Shown here: piece after piece, positions 38,250 through 47,772 of the stretch
Layout: the number at the start of each line of letters is the position of its first letter
Numbering within the stretch: the first letter of the stretch is position 1
Assembly (NCBI GenBank): GCA_018897295.1
Contig: JAHILA010000009.1
Span: 3,154 to 67,153 of the forward strand
DNA from: Patescibacteria group bacterium
Lineage (GTDB): Bacteria; Patescibacteriota; Minisyncoccia; RBG-13-40-8-A
Direction: 5' to 3'
DNA: 64,000 nt
The notes under the pieces: model-generated
The model's database searches: none
Told to the model about the DNA's origin: nothing
The model's input: the letters and a program-made list of their open reading frames with translations, nothing else
Position numbers and translations under genes: made by a program

Positions 38250-39404
38250 TCAAAATCCAATCAGATAATAAAATCCCAGCCCGAATAAAACGATTGCTTC
38301 AATTAGATTTAACCATGTCATTGCTTTACTTGAAGCAATTTTAATGTTCATTGTAAAAACAGCAATCAAGAAAACAATAATCTCATCAATCATGTAAAAC
38401 AATAAATATAGCGCTATGTAAAAAATATATGCCCCAACTGAAACTTGCGCTTTCGCCAACAGCCCGGCAAAAAGAACAGGAATAATAGCCGAACAAGGAA
38501 ACTCAACAATTGTAATCACAATTGCAAAAATAAAAATACTTATTAAAATTGCCCATAATCCCCGAGACTCCTTGAAACTTTTTTGTATTTTTGAAGAAAA
38601 TTTATTTACCAAGCCATTGTTGTTCATATCACAAGCTGGCCCGTATTTCCTGTATTTTAAAAATTGTTTTAAGAAATAAATCCCGCCCATAATCCCCAAG
38701 ACGCCGACAAAAATATTCATTATTTTCAAATAAGGGCCAAGAAAATAAAACAATTGATACCATAAACCGATTAAAATCCCATAAACAATAGTTGTAGTCA
38801 AAATAAAAGTTCCGCCAAAAAACAAAATCTTCTTTCTGGAACGCAAAATTATAACCAATCCCAGAATCAAGACCAACGCGCCCAGAGAACAAATATTAAA
38901 TCCGTCAAAAAAACCCAGAATTGTCGCCTGCATCAATAAAGAATATTTGCTCAAATCCACTTTGCCAATAATCGGTAAGCTTATCTTTCTCTTGTCCGTC
39001 AAAGTCCCATTTGATGGGACAAAGGAGGATAATTGTTTTTTTATCGAGTCCTCAATTTGTTTTCCAATCCCATTCTCATTATCAAATCCAGGAAAAAATT
39101 CATCGCCAACAAAAGTTAATGGAACCAAACCAATATATTGCTCCAAATTATATTTATTGCAAAGATCAATTAATTCTTTACGGCAATTTGCTTGCGAAAT
39201 TAGATGACGATTAAATTTCACATCAGGGTATTCGGGTTCAATTTTATCCAAAAATGTATTTTCTGCTTTGCAATGAAGACAGGTTTCTGAATAGAAAAAA
39301 TTTACTTCCAGTTTTGGTGTGTTGGTCTGCGCTTTCGCAAGAACAGGAAGTACAAGCAATACTCCTATTAAAACCAAAGTAGCTGAAAACAATATTTTCC
39401 TCAT
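38250..39404 (-). CDS. Thioredoxin/glutaredoxin-fold plus CcdA/DsbD-like membrane protein
   Basis: FYSETCLHC, VP, DGFNIC, VEFPC, multiple TM helices. Confidence 0.8.
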   Translation of the reverse strand: MRKILFSATLVLIGVLLVLPVLAKAQTNTPKLEVNFFYSETCLHCKAENTFLDKIEPEYPDVKFNRHLISQANCRKELIDLCNKYNLEQYIGLVPLTFVGDEFFPGFDNENGIGKQIEDSIKKQLSSFVPSNGTLTDKRKISLPIIGKVDLSKYSLLMQATILGFFDGFNICSLGALVLILGLVIILRSRKKILFFGGTFILTTTIVYGILIGLWYQLFYFLGPYLKIMNIFVGVLGIMGGIYFLKQFLKYRKYGPACDMNNNGLVNKFSSKIQKSFKESRGLWAILISIFIFAIVITIVEFPCSAIIPVLFAGLLAKAQVSVGAYIFYIALYLLFYMIDEIIVFLIAVFTMNIKIASSKAMTWLNLIEAIVLFGLGFYYLIGF

Positions 39405-39450
39405 ACTTTTTATACTACACCAGATTTAAAAATATTTCCAATTTTAAAAG

Positions 39451-39499
39451 TTATCCACAGAAACCAACATTGACTTTCAGTTTTCTTTCGGTATATAAT
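39451..39499 (+). promoter_or_regulatory. DnaA-box-preceded promoter of the lexA-MTase gene
   Basis: TTATCCACA, 10 nt, TTGACT ... TATAAT. Confidence 0.65.
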
Positions 39500-39510
39500 T
39501 ATATTAAGAT

Positions 39511-40962
39511 ATGCTTACAAAAAAACAACAGCAAATATTGGAATATATTAAAAAATGCATAAAGAAAAATAACTACTCTCCTTCTCTTAAAGAAATAGCG
39601 AGACATTTTAAATTATCTTCTGCATCGGGCATTCATCAACACGTTGAAGCATTAAAATTAAAAGGGTATTTGAATAAATTTGAAAACCACCCACGAACAA
39701 TTCAAATTGAAAAACATGAAAGAATGATTAATATTCCAATATTGGGATTAATTGCAGCAGGACAACCGATAGAAGCAATTGAGGATAAAGAAACAATCGC
39801 CATTCCACAAAACAAAATTCCTCATTCCGGAAAATTTTACGCATTACGCGTAACCGGAAACAGTATGATTGACGAAAATATAAATGACAACGACATTATC
39901 TTGGTTAAACAACAAAATGTAGCCGAAAATGGACAAAAGATAGTGGGACTCATTGATAACAACGAAGCAACGTTAAAAAAATTCTATAAAGAAAAAAACT
40001 ATATTCGACTACAGCCAGCTAATAAAAATATGAGTCCGATTATTATTAATAAAAATCAAAATTTTAATATTCAAGGAGTAGTTGTTGATGTAATAAAAAA
40101 CGAACAAGATTTAACAGCCACTGAAACATTGCCAATTTCAAAAATTCAACAATACGACACATTGCCATTAAATGAAATTATTTGCGGTGATTGTGTTAAT
40201 GTCTTAAAAAAAATACCAGATAATTCAATTGATATGGTAATTACATCCCCCCCTTACGATAATGTTCGAACATATAATGGATTTAGTTTTAATTTACACG
40301 ACACGGGTAAAGAATTATTTCGCGTTCTTAAAGATGGCGGAATCGTAGCAATGGTTATACAAGATCAGACAAAAAACTTTGGTAAATCGCTCACGTCATT
40401 CAAGACCATTGTTGACTGGGTTGATAATATCGGATTTAAGCTTTTCGAGACTGTTATATATAAAAAACACGGCGCCGAAGGCGCGTGGTGGACAAAAAGA
40501 TTTCGAGTTGATCATGAATACATCCCTATTTTTCTTAAAGGAGAACGCCCGGCATATTTTAATAAAGAACCACTTAAAATTCCATCCAAACACGGAGGCA
40601 AAACCATGACCGGATGTGCTACACGACTAACTAATGGCAAAACATTAAAATCAAAAAAGGTCTTTATTAATCCAATGAAATGCAGGGGAACATTATGGGA
40701 TTATACTACATGTGGCGATGGCACTAAATTAAAACACCAACATCCTGCGACGTTTCCAGATAAAATTCCCTATGATCTTATACAATGTTTTTGTCCATTA
40801 AATGGCGTGGTATTGGATCCATTTGTGGGAAGTGGCACATCTGTATTGGCAGCCATCCAATTGAATAAAAATTATATTGGAATTGATATCTCTAAAGAAT
40901 ATTGTGATTTAACCAAAAAAAGAATCAAAGAAGAGGGATCAATTAATAGAAAATTATTTTAA
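39511..40962 (+). CDS. LexA repressor fused to an N4/N6 site-specific DNA methyltransferase
   Basis: LexA HTH (YSPSLKEIA), AAG cleavage site, GNSM, ATLKK; then TSPPY, HPATFP, LDPFVGSGT. Confidence 0.9.
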   Translation: MLTKKQQQILEYIKKCIKKNNYSPSLKEIARHFKLSSASGIHQHVEALKLKGYLNKFENHPRTIQIEKHERMINIPILGLIAAGQPIEAIEDKETIAIPQNKIPHSGKFYALRVTGNSMIDENINDNDIILVKQQNVAENGQKIVGLIDNNEATLKKFYKEKNYIRLQPANKNMSPIIINKNQNFNIQGVVVDVIKNEQDLTATETLPISKIQQYDTLPLNEIICGDCVNVLKKIPDNSIDMVITSPPYDNVRTYNGFSFNLHDTGKELFRVLKDGGIVAMVIQDQTKNFGKSLTSFKTIVDWVDNIGFKLFETVIYKKHGAEGAWWTKRFRVDHEYIPIFLKGERPAYFNKEPLKIPSKHGGKTMTGCATRLTNGKTLKSKKVFINPMKCRGTLWDYTTCGDGTKLKHQHPATFPDKIPYDLIQCFCPLNGVVLDPFVGSGTSVLAAIQLNKNYIGIDISKEYCDLTKKRIKEEGSINRKLF

Positions 40963-41940
40963 TAATTTTCTATTGTCAATAGTATATTCTATCGCCAATC
41001 CACTAGTCATCGCCCAAGACAATGGATTTTTTTTAATCATAAATTCAAAATTTCTATTATTGGGCACAATATTTTCTTTTGTAAATTTATAAGTTTTAAA
41101 ATTAGACCATTGCCAATTTTTTGATACATATGTCCATTTTGTTAATTTAGACAACATTTTTAAAAATCTTTCCGACTTCTGTTTTTCTTCATCATTAATA
41201 CTGTAATAATTTTTCATTTTTATTATATTAACGAATTCCCCTTTAGAATTGGATATTTTGATTTTGTCGTTTCTTTTCTTGTTTTCACTTATATCACTAA
41301 TCTCAAGAAAAAAATCTTTTAACGCAATCATTAAATTGTGTATAGAGTAATGTTTATTCAAAAAGATTTTATTCAATTCATTTTCCCTTGATTCTGCGTT
41401 TAAATATTTTAACCAATCGATACAATTTTCCGGATATCCAAATAAATTTTTAAATACGCCATCCACATATAATAATGGACAAATTGCTGATTCGGGAATA
41501 GTAAATTTCTTTTTTGATCCTATTATTCCAATAAGCATATGTATTGTGGCTAATGGATATTTTAATTTAAAATTTTTATATCCATCATAATTTCTTAAAT
41601 TATTGGGTTGTATACAATTTTTAAAATTATCCCAATTTAATGGTCGTTTATTTTTATTAAATTGAACCATGTGATGCCCGATGCTTCGTATATTTTTTCT
41701 GAAAATTTCCATATCCAAAAATATGCAATCTCTAACGGAAATATTGTTATCCAACAACATCACTTTTCCGTCATAAAATCCTCTTATCTTCCAACCTAAA
41801 AAATGAGACATAAATAAACCGCATAGTAAACCATCTGCGTCTGGACTCAAAATACAATCGTGATTTTTCTCTAATATCCACGGATGATCTAAAATAATTT
41901 TTCGATAATCAATTTTTTCTATCATGTTTTTATAATACAT
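40954..41940 (-). CDS. Hypothetical protein with DHH-phosphoesterase-like motifs
   Basis: SPDADG, FLD, GHH, later DG; AGGAGG RBS; convergent 9 bp overlap with the MTase gene. Confidence 0.55.
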   Translation of the reverse strand: MYYKNMIEKIDYRKIILDHPWILEKNHDCILSPDADGLLCGLFMSHFLGWKIRGFYDGKVMLLDNNISVRDCIFLDMEIFRKNIRSIGHHMVQFNKNKRPLNWDNFKNCIQPNNLRNYDGYKNFKLKYPLATIHMLIGIIGSKKKFTIPESAICPLLYVDGVFKNLFGYPENCIDWLKYLNAESRENELNKIFLNKHYSIHNLMIALKDFFLEISDISENKKRNDKIKISNSKGEFVNIIKMKNYYSINDEEKQKSERFLKMLSKLTKWTYVSKNWQWSNFKTYKFTKENIVPNNRNFEFMIKKNPLSWAMTSGLAIEYTIDNRKLLK

Positions 41941-42020
41941 CACACCTCCTCTCTTGGCAAACGATTTATTGTGTAGTATAATGATTTTATAAAAAATAAA
42001 TTAACCAGTAAAATTAATAC

Positions 42021-42287
42021 ATGTTAGGAAAAATCAAGAAAAAGAAAATTATAGGAGAACATAAAGTTCATGAAACCGACACTGGCTCGGCTGATGTTCA
42101 AATTGGAATCCTAACCGAGGAAATTGCCAAATTGGCAGCCCATCTTAAAAAACATCCAAAAGACAACCACTCCAGGCGAGGCCTTTTGGGAATGGTTTCG
42201 AAAAGGAAAAAATTACTTGAATGGCTGAAAAACGACAATGAAACGCGCTACAAAAAAGTGATTAAGTCATTGGGATTGAAAAAATAA
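42021..42287 (+). CDS. rpsO: 30S ribosomal protein S15
   Basis: DTGSADVQI, H.KD.HSRRGL. Confidence 0.97.
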   Translation: MLGKIKKKKIIGEHKVHETDTGSADVQIGILTEEIAKLAAHLKKHPKDNHSRRGLLGMVSKRKKLLEWLKNDNETRYKKVIKSLGLKK

Positions 42288-42288
42288 T

Positions 42289-42801
42289 ATGAGTATTATT
42301 AAAAATAAAGAGCAACGAGTAGGGGTGTTTATGGATGTCCAAAATATGTATCACTCGGCAAAAAATATTTACCAGGCCAGGGTGAACTTCCGTGAAATTC
42401 TGAAAACCGCAGTTGCAGGAAGAAAATTAATCAGGGCAATCGCTTATGTTGTAACCACTGAAACCGGCGAGGAGAAAGCGTTTTTAGAAGCTCTAACTAA
42501 GTCAGGAATAGAGGTGAAGAGCAAAGATTTACAGATATTCCCAGGCGGGATGAAAAAAGCGGACTGGGATGTTGGCATGGCGGTCGATGCAATTAAATTA
42601 AGCGAAAAACTGGATTGCGTTGTCTTGGTAACTGGAGATGGAGATTTTGTTCCATTGATAGAATATTTACAGGCAAACGGGCAGCAAGTAGAAGTAATTG
42701 CTTTTGAAAAAAGCGCTTCAAGCAAATTAAAGGAAACAACTGATGATTTTACTGACTTGGGCAAAAGTCCGGGGAAATATTTAATAGGAATAAGAAAATA
42801 A
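42289..42801 (+). CDS. NYN domain (LabA/DUF88) protein
   Basis: DVQN, KADWDV, TGDGDF. Confidence 0.88.
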   Translation: MSIIKNKEQRVGVFMDVQNMYHSAKNIYQARVNFREILKTAVAGRKLIRAIAYVVTTETGEEKAFLEALTKSGIEVKSKDLQIFPGGMKKADWDVGMAVDAIKLSEKLDCVVLVTGDGDFVPLIEYLQANGQQVEVIAFEKSASSKLKETTDDFTDLGKSPGKYLIGIRK

Positions 42802-42806
42802 TCTAT

Positions 42807-44939
42807 ATGAATACGAAAATCTTTAAAACAGAGATTGAAGGAAAAGAACTCTCTGTTGAATTGGGCAAATTAGCCCAACAAGCCAATGGTTCGGCATTAG
42901 TAAAATACGGACAGACTGCGGTCTTAGCGACTGCGGTTCTATCTGATAAGCCGAGCGATAGAAATTATCTCCCCCTCACAGTTGATTACGAAGAGAGATT
43001 TTATGCTGCCGGAAAAATTAAAGGCAGTCGTTTTATTAAGAGAGAAGGAAGACCAAGCGATGAAGCAATTTTAACCGGACGCTTGATAGACAGATCTATT
43101 CGCCCTCTTTTTAATCAAAAATTAAGGAACGATTTGCAGATTGTTTTGACTGTTTTGTCTTTTGACGGAGAAAATGATCCCGGGCTACCGGCGCTTATAG
43201 GCGCATCAACGGCTTTATCTGTTTCCGACATACCATTTAATGGACCAGTGGCAGGAATTTCTGTTGGCCAAGACGAGAAAGACAATTGGATAATTACCTC
43301 GACTATCAGCGCCAAGACAAAATCTGGCTCTGAGATATTTGTTTCTGGAATTGAAAAAAATAAAGACATTCTTATGAATATGATTGAAGGACAGGCGCCG
43401 GAAATGCCAGAAGCAAAAATGCTTGAAGGAATTGATTTGGCAAAAAAACACATCAAGAAATTGATTGATTTCCAAAAAGACATTGTCAAAGAAATAAAAC
43501 CAGTAAAAAGAGAGTTGGAAATCAAAGAAGCTGATGGAGAACTTAAAAAATTAATTGATGAATTTGTTGGCGACAAGCTGGAAATAGCCATTTATCACAA
43601 AGAAAAACAAGTAAGGGTTAAACAATTGAATGACATTAACAACGGCCTGGCAGAATTAATCAAAGAAAAATATCCGGAAGAATCGAAAGAAAAACTTGTT
43701 TTAGTAATAGAATATATAGATGAAAAAATTGACGAAATAACCCATTACAATATTCTTAAAAACAATAAACGTCCAGACAGCAGAAAACTTGATGAATTAA
43801 GGGACTTAAGCGCTGAAGTGGGAATATTCCCAAGAGTTCATGGCTCAGGATTATTCCAAAGAGGAGAAACCCAGGTACTTTCTGTTGTTACATTGGGCTC
43901 TCCTGGTTCAGAACAGGTTTTTGACCAGATGGAAATAGAAGGGAAAAAGGGATTTATGCATGACTATAATTTCCCTCCATATTCTGTCGGCGAAGTCGGG
44001 AGAATCGGAAATCCCGGAAGAAGAGATATTGGCCACGGCGCTTTAGCAGAAAAAGCATTAAAGCCGGCAATTCCGTCAAAAGAGGAATTCCCTTACACAA
44101 TCAGGGTCGTATCCGAAGTTCTGTCTTCAAACGGATCTTCTTCAATGGCATCTGTTTGCGGTTCGATTTTGGCTTTAATGGATGCCGGAGTGCCAATTAA
44201 AGAAAAAGTTGCTGGAATTGCTATGGGTTTAATGTTGAGCAAAGCGAAATCCGCCAAAGGCGGATTGGATTATAAGATACTTACTGACATCCAAGGCCCC
44301 GAAGACCATTATGGCGATATGGATTTAAAAATCGCCGGAACTAAAAATGGAATCAATGCCATGCAAATGGATGTTAAAATTGACGGCATTGGCATAGACA
44401 TATTAGAAGATGCATTTAAGCAAGCAAAAAAAGCAAGATTGGAAATTCTTGAAGTCATAGAAAAAACCATTAAAGAGCCGAGGCCGGAATTATCTCCTTA
44501 TGCTCCGAGAGTTTATATTCTAAAAATCAATCCAGCAAAAATCGGGATGGTAATTGGTACAGGCGGAAAAACAATAAATGAAATAACCGAACAAACTGGC
44601 GCGACTATTGAAATCGAGGATGATGGAACTATTTTCGTTACGTCCGAAAATGCTGACAATGCCAAGAAAGCAATCAGCTGGATTAAATCAATGACTCGCG
44701 AAGCAAAACTCGGCGAAGAATTCCAGGGCAAGGTTGTAAAAACAGCTGAATTCGGAGCTTTTGTGGAACTCTTCCAGGGACAAGATGGTTTGCTGCATAT
44801 CTCAGAACTCGGCGCGAAAAGAGTTGAAAAAGTTGAAGATGTTGTTAGACAGGGCGATATTGTTCATGTTAAAGTAAAGAAGATAGATGATAATGGAAAA
44901 ATTGGCTTGTCTTTAATCGAAGTCGTATCTAAAAAATAA
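42807..44939 (+). CDS. pnp: Polyribonucleotide nucleotidyltransferase
   Basis: RLIDRSIRPLF, RRDIGHG, SNGSSSMAS, GDMD, KH and S1 domains. Confidence 0.97.
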   Translation: MNTKIFKTEIEGKELSVELGKLAQQANGSALVKYGQTAVLATAVLSDKPSDRNYLPLTVDYEERFYAAGKIKGSRFIKREGRPSDEAILTGRLIDRSIRPLFNQKLRNDLQIVLTVLSFDGENDPGLPALIGASTALSVSDIPFNGPVAGISVGQDEKDNWIITSTISAKTKSGSEIFVSGIEKNKDILMNMIEGQAPEMPEAKMLEGIDLAKKHIKKLIDFQKDIVKEIKPVKRELEIKEADGELKKLIDEFVGDKLEIAIYHKEKQVRVKQLNDINNGLAELIKEKYPEESKEKLVLVIEYIDEKIDEITHYNILKNNKRPDSRKLDELRDLSAEVGIFPRVHGSGLFQRGETQVLSVVTLGSPGSEQVFDQMEIEGKKGFMHDYNFPPYSVGEVGRIGNPGRRDIGHGALAEKALKPAIPSKEEFPYTIRVVSEVLSSNGSSSMASVCGSILALMDAGVPIKEKVAGIAMGLMLSKAKSAKGGLDYKILTDIQGPEDHYGDMDLKIAGTKNGINAMQMDVKIDGIGIDILEDAFKQAKKARLEILEVIEKTIKEPRPELSPYAPRVYILKINPAKIGMVIGTGGKTINEITEQTGATIEIEDDGTIFVTSENADNAKKAISWIKSMTREAKLGEEFQGKVVKTAEFGAFVELFQGQDGLLHISELGAKRVEKVEDVVRQGDIVHVKVKKIDDNGKIGLSLIEVVSKK
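44248..44266. repeat. Short palindrome within pnp
   Basis: AATCCGCC-AAA-GGCGGATT; encodes KSAKGGL in the loop after GIAMGL. Confidence 0.6.
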
Positions 44940-44940
44940 A

Positions 44941-45927
44941 ATGGCCAACAATGAACCAATCAATTCATTACCTGAATACGAAATCAGGACAATGAAAAGC
45001 GACTTGGATAAATTGGAGGGAGGGGTACCGAAAACCCCGCCTAAAACTTTATTGATTACTCCTACTCCGGCTCCAGTCCCAACACCTACTCCAACTCCAA
45101 CCCCAATCAAAGAAATTAAAGAAATTAAGAAAACTCCTCTGCCAGAAACAGAGGAGTTTATTGCGCCTGCTCCGCCAAAAATAGTTACCAAAGAAATAAA
45201 AACAGGAACAAAACAAGAAATAAAACCAGAACAGATAAAAAAGAAGAGGTTTTATCTTATACCCATAATTATCGTTCTGGCAATAATTGCCATTGGAGTA
45301 TTCTTTTACTGGCAAGGAAGAATAGAAGAAGAACAGCAACAATTGCCACCAGTTCAACAACCAGAAGAACCACAAATATCAGTATCTTTGTTTCCTGTTG
45401 ATGAAACGAAAATAATTACAGTTGGAAATAACGCATCCCTGCTCAATCTTTTGAAAATCGAGGCGGATATAGACCAATCAGACGGAACATTCAAAAGAAT
45501 AGTACCGATAAAAAATGAAAAAGAAATTTTATTTCTAAATGAACTGATACAAGAATTAAGAATAGCAATTTATCCTTATGTTTTGCCGGAATTGAAAGAC
45601 AAATATACGCTTGTTTTATATGGCCAGAACGGAAAGAGGCGGTTTGGACTAATTATAGAAGCAATAAATACTGCTAATTTAGAAGAACAATTAAAATTCT
45701 GGGAAAAAACAATGCCCGATGATCTAAAAAATCTCTTCTTGAAAGAATCTCCAGGCGGGACAGCCAGTAAAGGATTTCACGATAATATTTATAAAGAAAT
45801 CTCCATTCGCTATATCAATTTCCCAAATCCGGAATTAACCATTGATTACGCTATTTTCAATAATTTGTTCATTTTATCCATCAGCAAAGAATCAATGTAT
45901 GGAATTATTGACAGATTGAAATTGTAG
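44941..45927 (+). CDS. Hypothetical membrane protein with Pro/Thr-rich linker
   Basis: IRTMKSDL motif, PT repeats, single TM helix. Confidence 0.75.
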   Translation: MANNEPINSLPEYEIRTMKSDLDKLEGGVPKTPPKTLLITPTPAPVPTPTPTPTPIKEIKEIKKTPLPETEEFIAPAPPKIVTKEIKTGTKQEIKPEQIKKKRFYLIPIIIVLAIIAIGVFFYWQGRIEEEQQQLPPVQQPEEPQISVSLFPVDETKIITVGNNASLLNLLKIEADIDQSDGTFKRIVPIKNEKEILFLNELIQELRIAIYPYVLPELKDKYTLVLYGQNGKRRFGLIIEAINTANLEEQLKFWEKTMPDDLKNLFLKESPGGTASKGFHDNIYKEISIRYINFPNPELTIDYAIFNNLFILSISKESMYGIIDRLKL

Positions 45928-45937
45928 AACCGGTTTA

Positions 45938-45973
45938 CCATGAGCGAAGCGCCTTAAGCGCTGAGTCGAATGG
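45938..45973. repeat. REP-like palindrome
   Basis: Reverse complement CCATTCGACT[CAGCGCTTAAGGCGCT]TCGCTCATGG. Confidence 0.6.
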
Positions 45974-46116
45974 GGATAACTTGTTTAGAACATAATCCAA
46001 AGAAAACAAATCTAGTTCATCGTCAAGGCTAAAATAAGCTAATTTTGGCTCTAAAAACAGGATGCCAAGCAAAAACCTTGATATTGACTAAATTCTAAAA
46101 ACTTATCCACAACATG

Positions 46117-46187
46117 CCCCGTAGTGAATTCTCGACTGATGCAGGGCAGCATAATAATTTTAATTAGTCGAGAATCTACTACGGGGT
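46117..46187. mobile_element. Short MITE-like element abutting the comM start codon
   Basis: CCCCGTAGTGAATTCTCGACT ... AGTCGAGAATCTACTACGGGGT then ATG. Confidence 0.7.
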
Positions 46188-47723
46188 ATGAACAAAGTTT
46201 TTTCAGCAGCTATAACTGGCCTTGAAGCTGAACTCATAGAGGTGGAGGCGGATTTATCATCCGGTCTCCGCTTTTTTAGTATTGTCGGACTGCCGGACAA
46301 ATCAGTTGAAGAGTCCAAGGAGAGAATTGCTGCAGCAATAAAAAATAGCGGAGCAGAACCTCCGCACAAACAAAATAAAAGAGTAATTATTAATTTAGCA
46401 CCGGCTGATTTAAGGAAGGAGGGTTCAGCTTATGACTTGCCTATTGCTTTAAGCTTTCTTTTATCGTCAGGGCAGATAAAATTCGACGAGAAAGATAAAT
46501 TATTTGTCGGTGAATTGGCTTTGAATGGCGAGATCAGAAGAGCTAATGGGGTTTTGCCGATTTGTTTAATGGCAAAAGAAAAGGGAATTACCAATGTCTT
46601 TGTTCCGAAATCAAACAGCAATGAAGCAAGATTAGTAAGAGATATAAATATATTTCCCATCGAGTCATTAGTAGAACTTATTGCTTTTCTGGAAAATAGA
46701 ATTGAAATCAAACCTCTGGAGCCGTTTGGCGAGGAATTTTTAGAAGGATTTGAAATCGGATTCCAGCCAAGTGTTGATATGGCTTATATTAAAGGACAGG
46801 AAAACGCCAAAAGGGCATTGGAAATTGCTGCAAGCGGAAATCATAATGTACTCATGACTGGCCCGCCTGGATCAGGAAAAACATTATTGGCAAAAGCGAT
46901 TTCTACAATTCTGCCAAAAATGGCTTGGAGCGAAATCTTGGAAGTTACCAAAATCTACAGCATAGCTGGAAAACTTTCCCATAAAAAACCTTTAATCCAC
47001 CAGAGGCCGTTTCGCTCTCCTCATCACAGCGCATCAGAGGCTTCTTTAATTGGAGGCGGAGGCATTGCTAGGCCAGGAGAAATTACTTTGGCCCATCGCG
47101 GAATATTATTTCTTGATGAATTTCCGGAAGTGCACAGGGACGTTTTGGAAAGTTTGAGGCAGCCATTAGAAGACGGCGTAATACATGTTGCCAGAGCCAA
47201 GGCCAGTTATACTTTCCCGGCAAGATTTACATTAATTGCCGCAATGAATCCCTGCCCTTGTGGATATTATGGAGACCCTGAAAAACAATGCACCTGCAAC
47301 CAGCAGCAGATTAATAAATATCAAAGAAGGGTGTCCGGACCAATTATGGATAGGATTGATTTATATGTTGAAGTGCCGCATGTAAAATACGAAAAATTAA
47401 CTGATGAAAATATGGAGGGATCAAGCCAGACAATCAGAAAAAAAGTGGAAAAGGCCAGACAAATCCAGATTGAAAGATTTAAGGATGATAATATTGTTAC
47501 AAATTCGGAAATGAATATCCCTTTGATTAAAAAGCATTGCAGAACCGATGAGCAAGGGGAGAGATTATTGCGCAATGCAGTAAATAATCTCCATATGTCA
47601 GCGCGCGGATACCACCGCATTTTAAAATTAGCGCGTACTATTGCTGACCTTGCCGAATCACCCAGTATTACCTCGCAGCACATTGCCGAAGCCCTGCAAT
47701 ACCGGCCAAAAGTGGAAATATAG
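46188..47723 (+). CDS. comM: YifB/ComM Mg-chelatase-like AAA+ ATPase
   Basis: IVGLPD, NLAPADLRKEG, GPPGSGKT, RSPHHS, LDEFPE, NPCPCG. Confidence 0.93.
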   Translation: MNKVFSAAITGLEAELIEVEADLSSGLRFFSIVGLPDKSVEESKERIAAAIKNSGAEPPHKQNKRVIINLAPADLRKEGSAYDLPIALSFLLSSGQIKFDEKDKLFVGELALNGEIRRANGVLPICLMAKEKGITNVFVPKSNSNEARLVRDINIFPIESLVELIAFLENRIEIKPLEPFGEEFLEGFEIGFQPSVDMAYIKGQENAKRALEIAASGNHNVLMTGPPGSGKTLLAKAISTILPKMAWSEILEVTKIYSIAGKLSHKKPLIHQRPFRSPHHSASEASLIGGGGIARPGEITLAHRGILFLDEFPEVHRDVLESLRQPLEDGVIHVARAKASYTFPARFTLIAAMNPCPCGYYGDPEKQCTCNQQQINKYQRRVSGPIMDRIDLYVEVPHVKYEKLTDENMEGSSQTIRKKVEKARQIQIERFKDDNIVTNSEMNIPLIKKHCRTDEQGERLLRNAVNNLHMSARGYHRILKLARTIADLAESPSITSQHIAEALQYRPKVEI

Positions 47724-47772
47724 TTATCCACAATATTAACTATTGACAAGTATATCATATATGATATATACT
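47724..47772 (+). promoter_or_regulatory. TA promoter with DnaA box and an 18 bp perfect palindrome
   Basis: TTATCCACA, 10 nt, TTGACA; TATATCATATATGATATA at 47751-47768. Confidence 0.75.

Noticed and set aside
45030-45110. CC-rich tandem-like repeats
   Set aside because: They encode an ordinary Pro/Thr linker.
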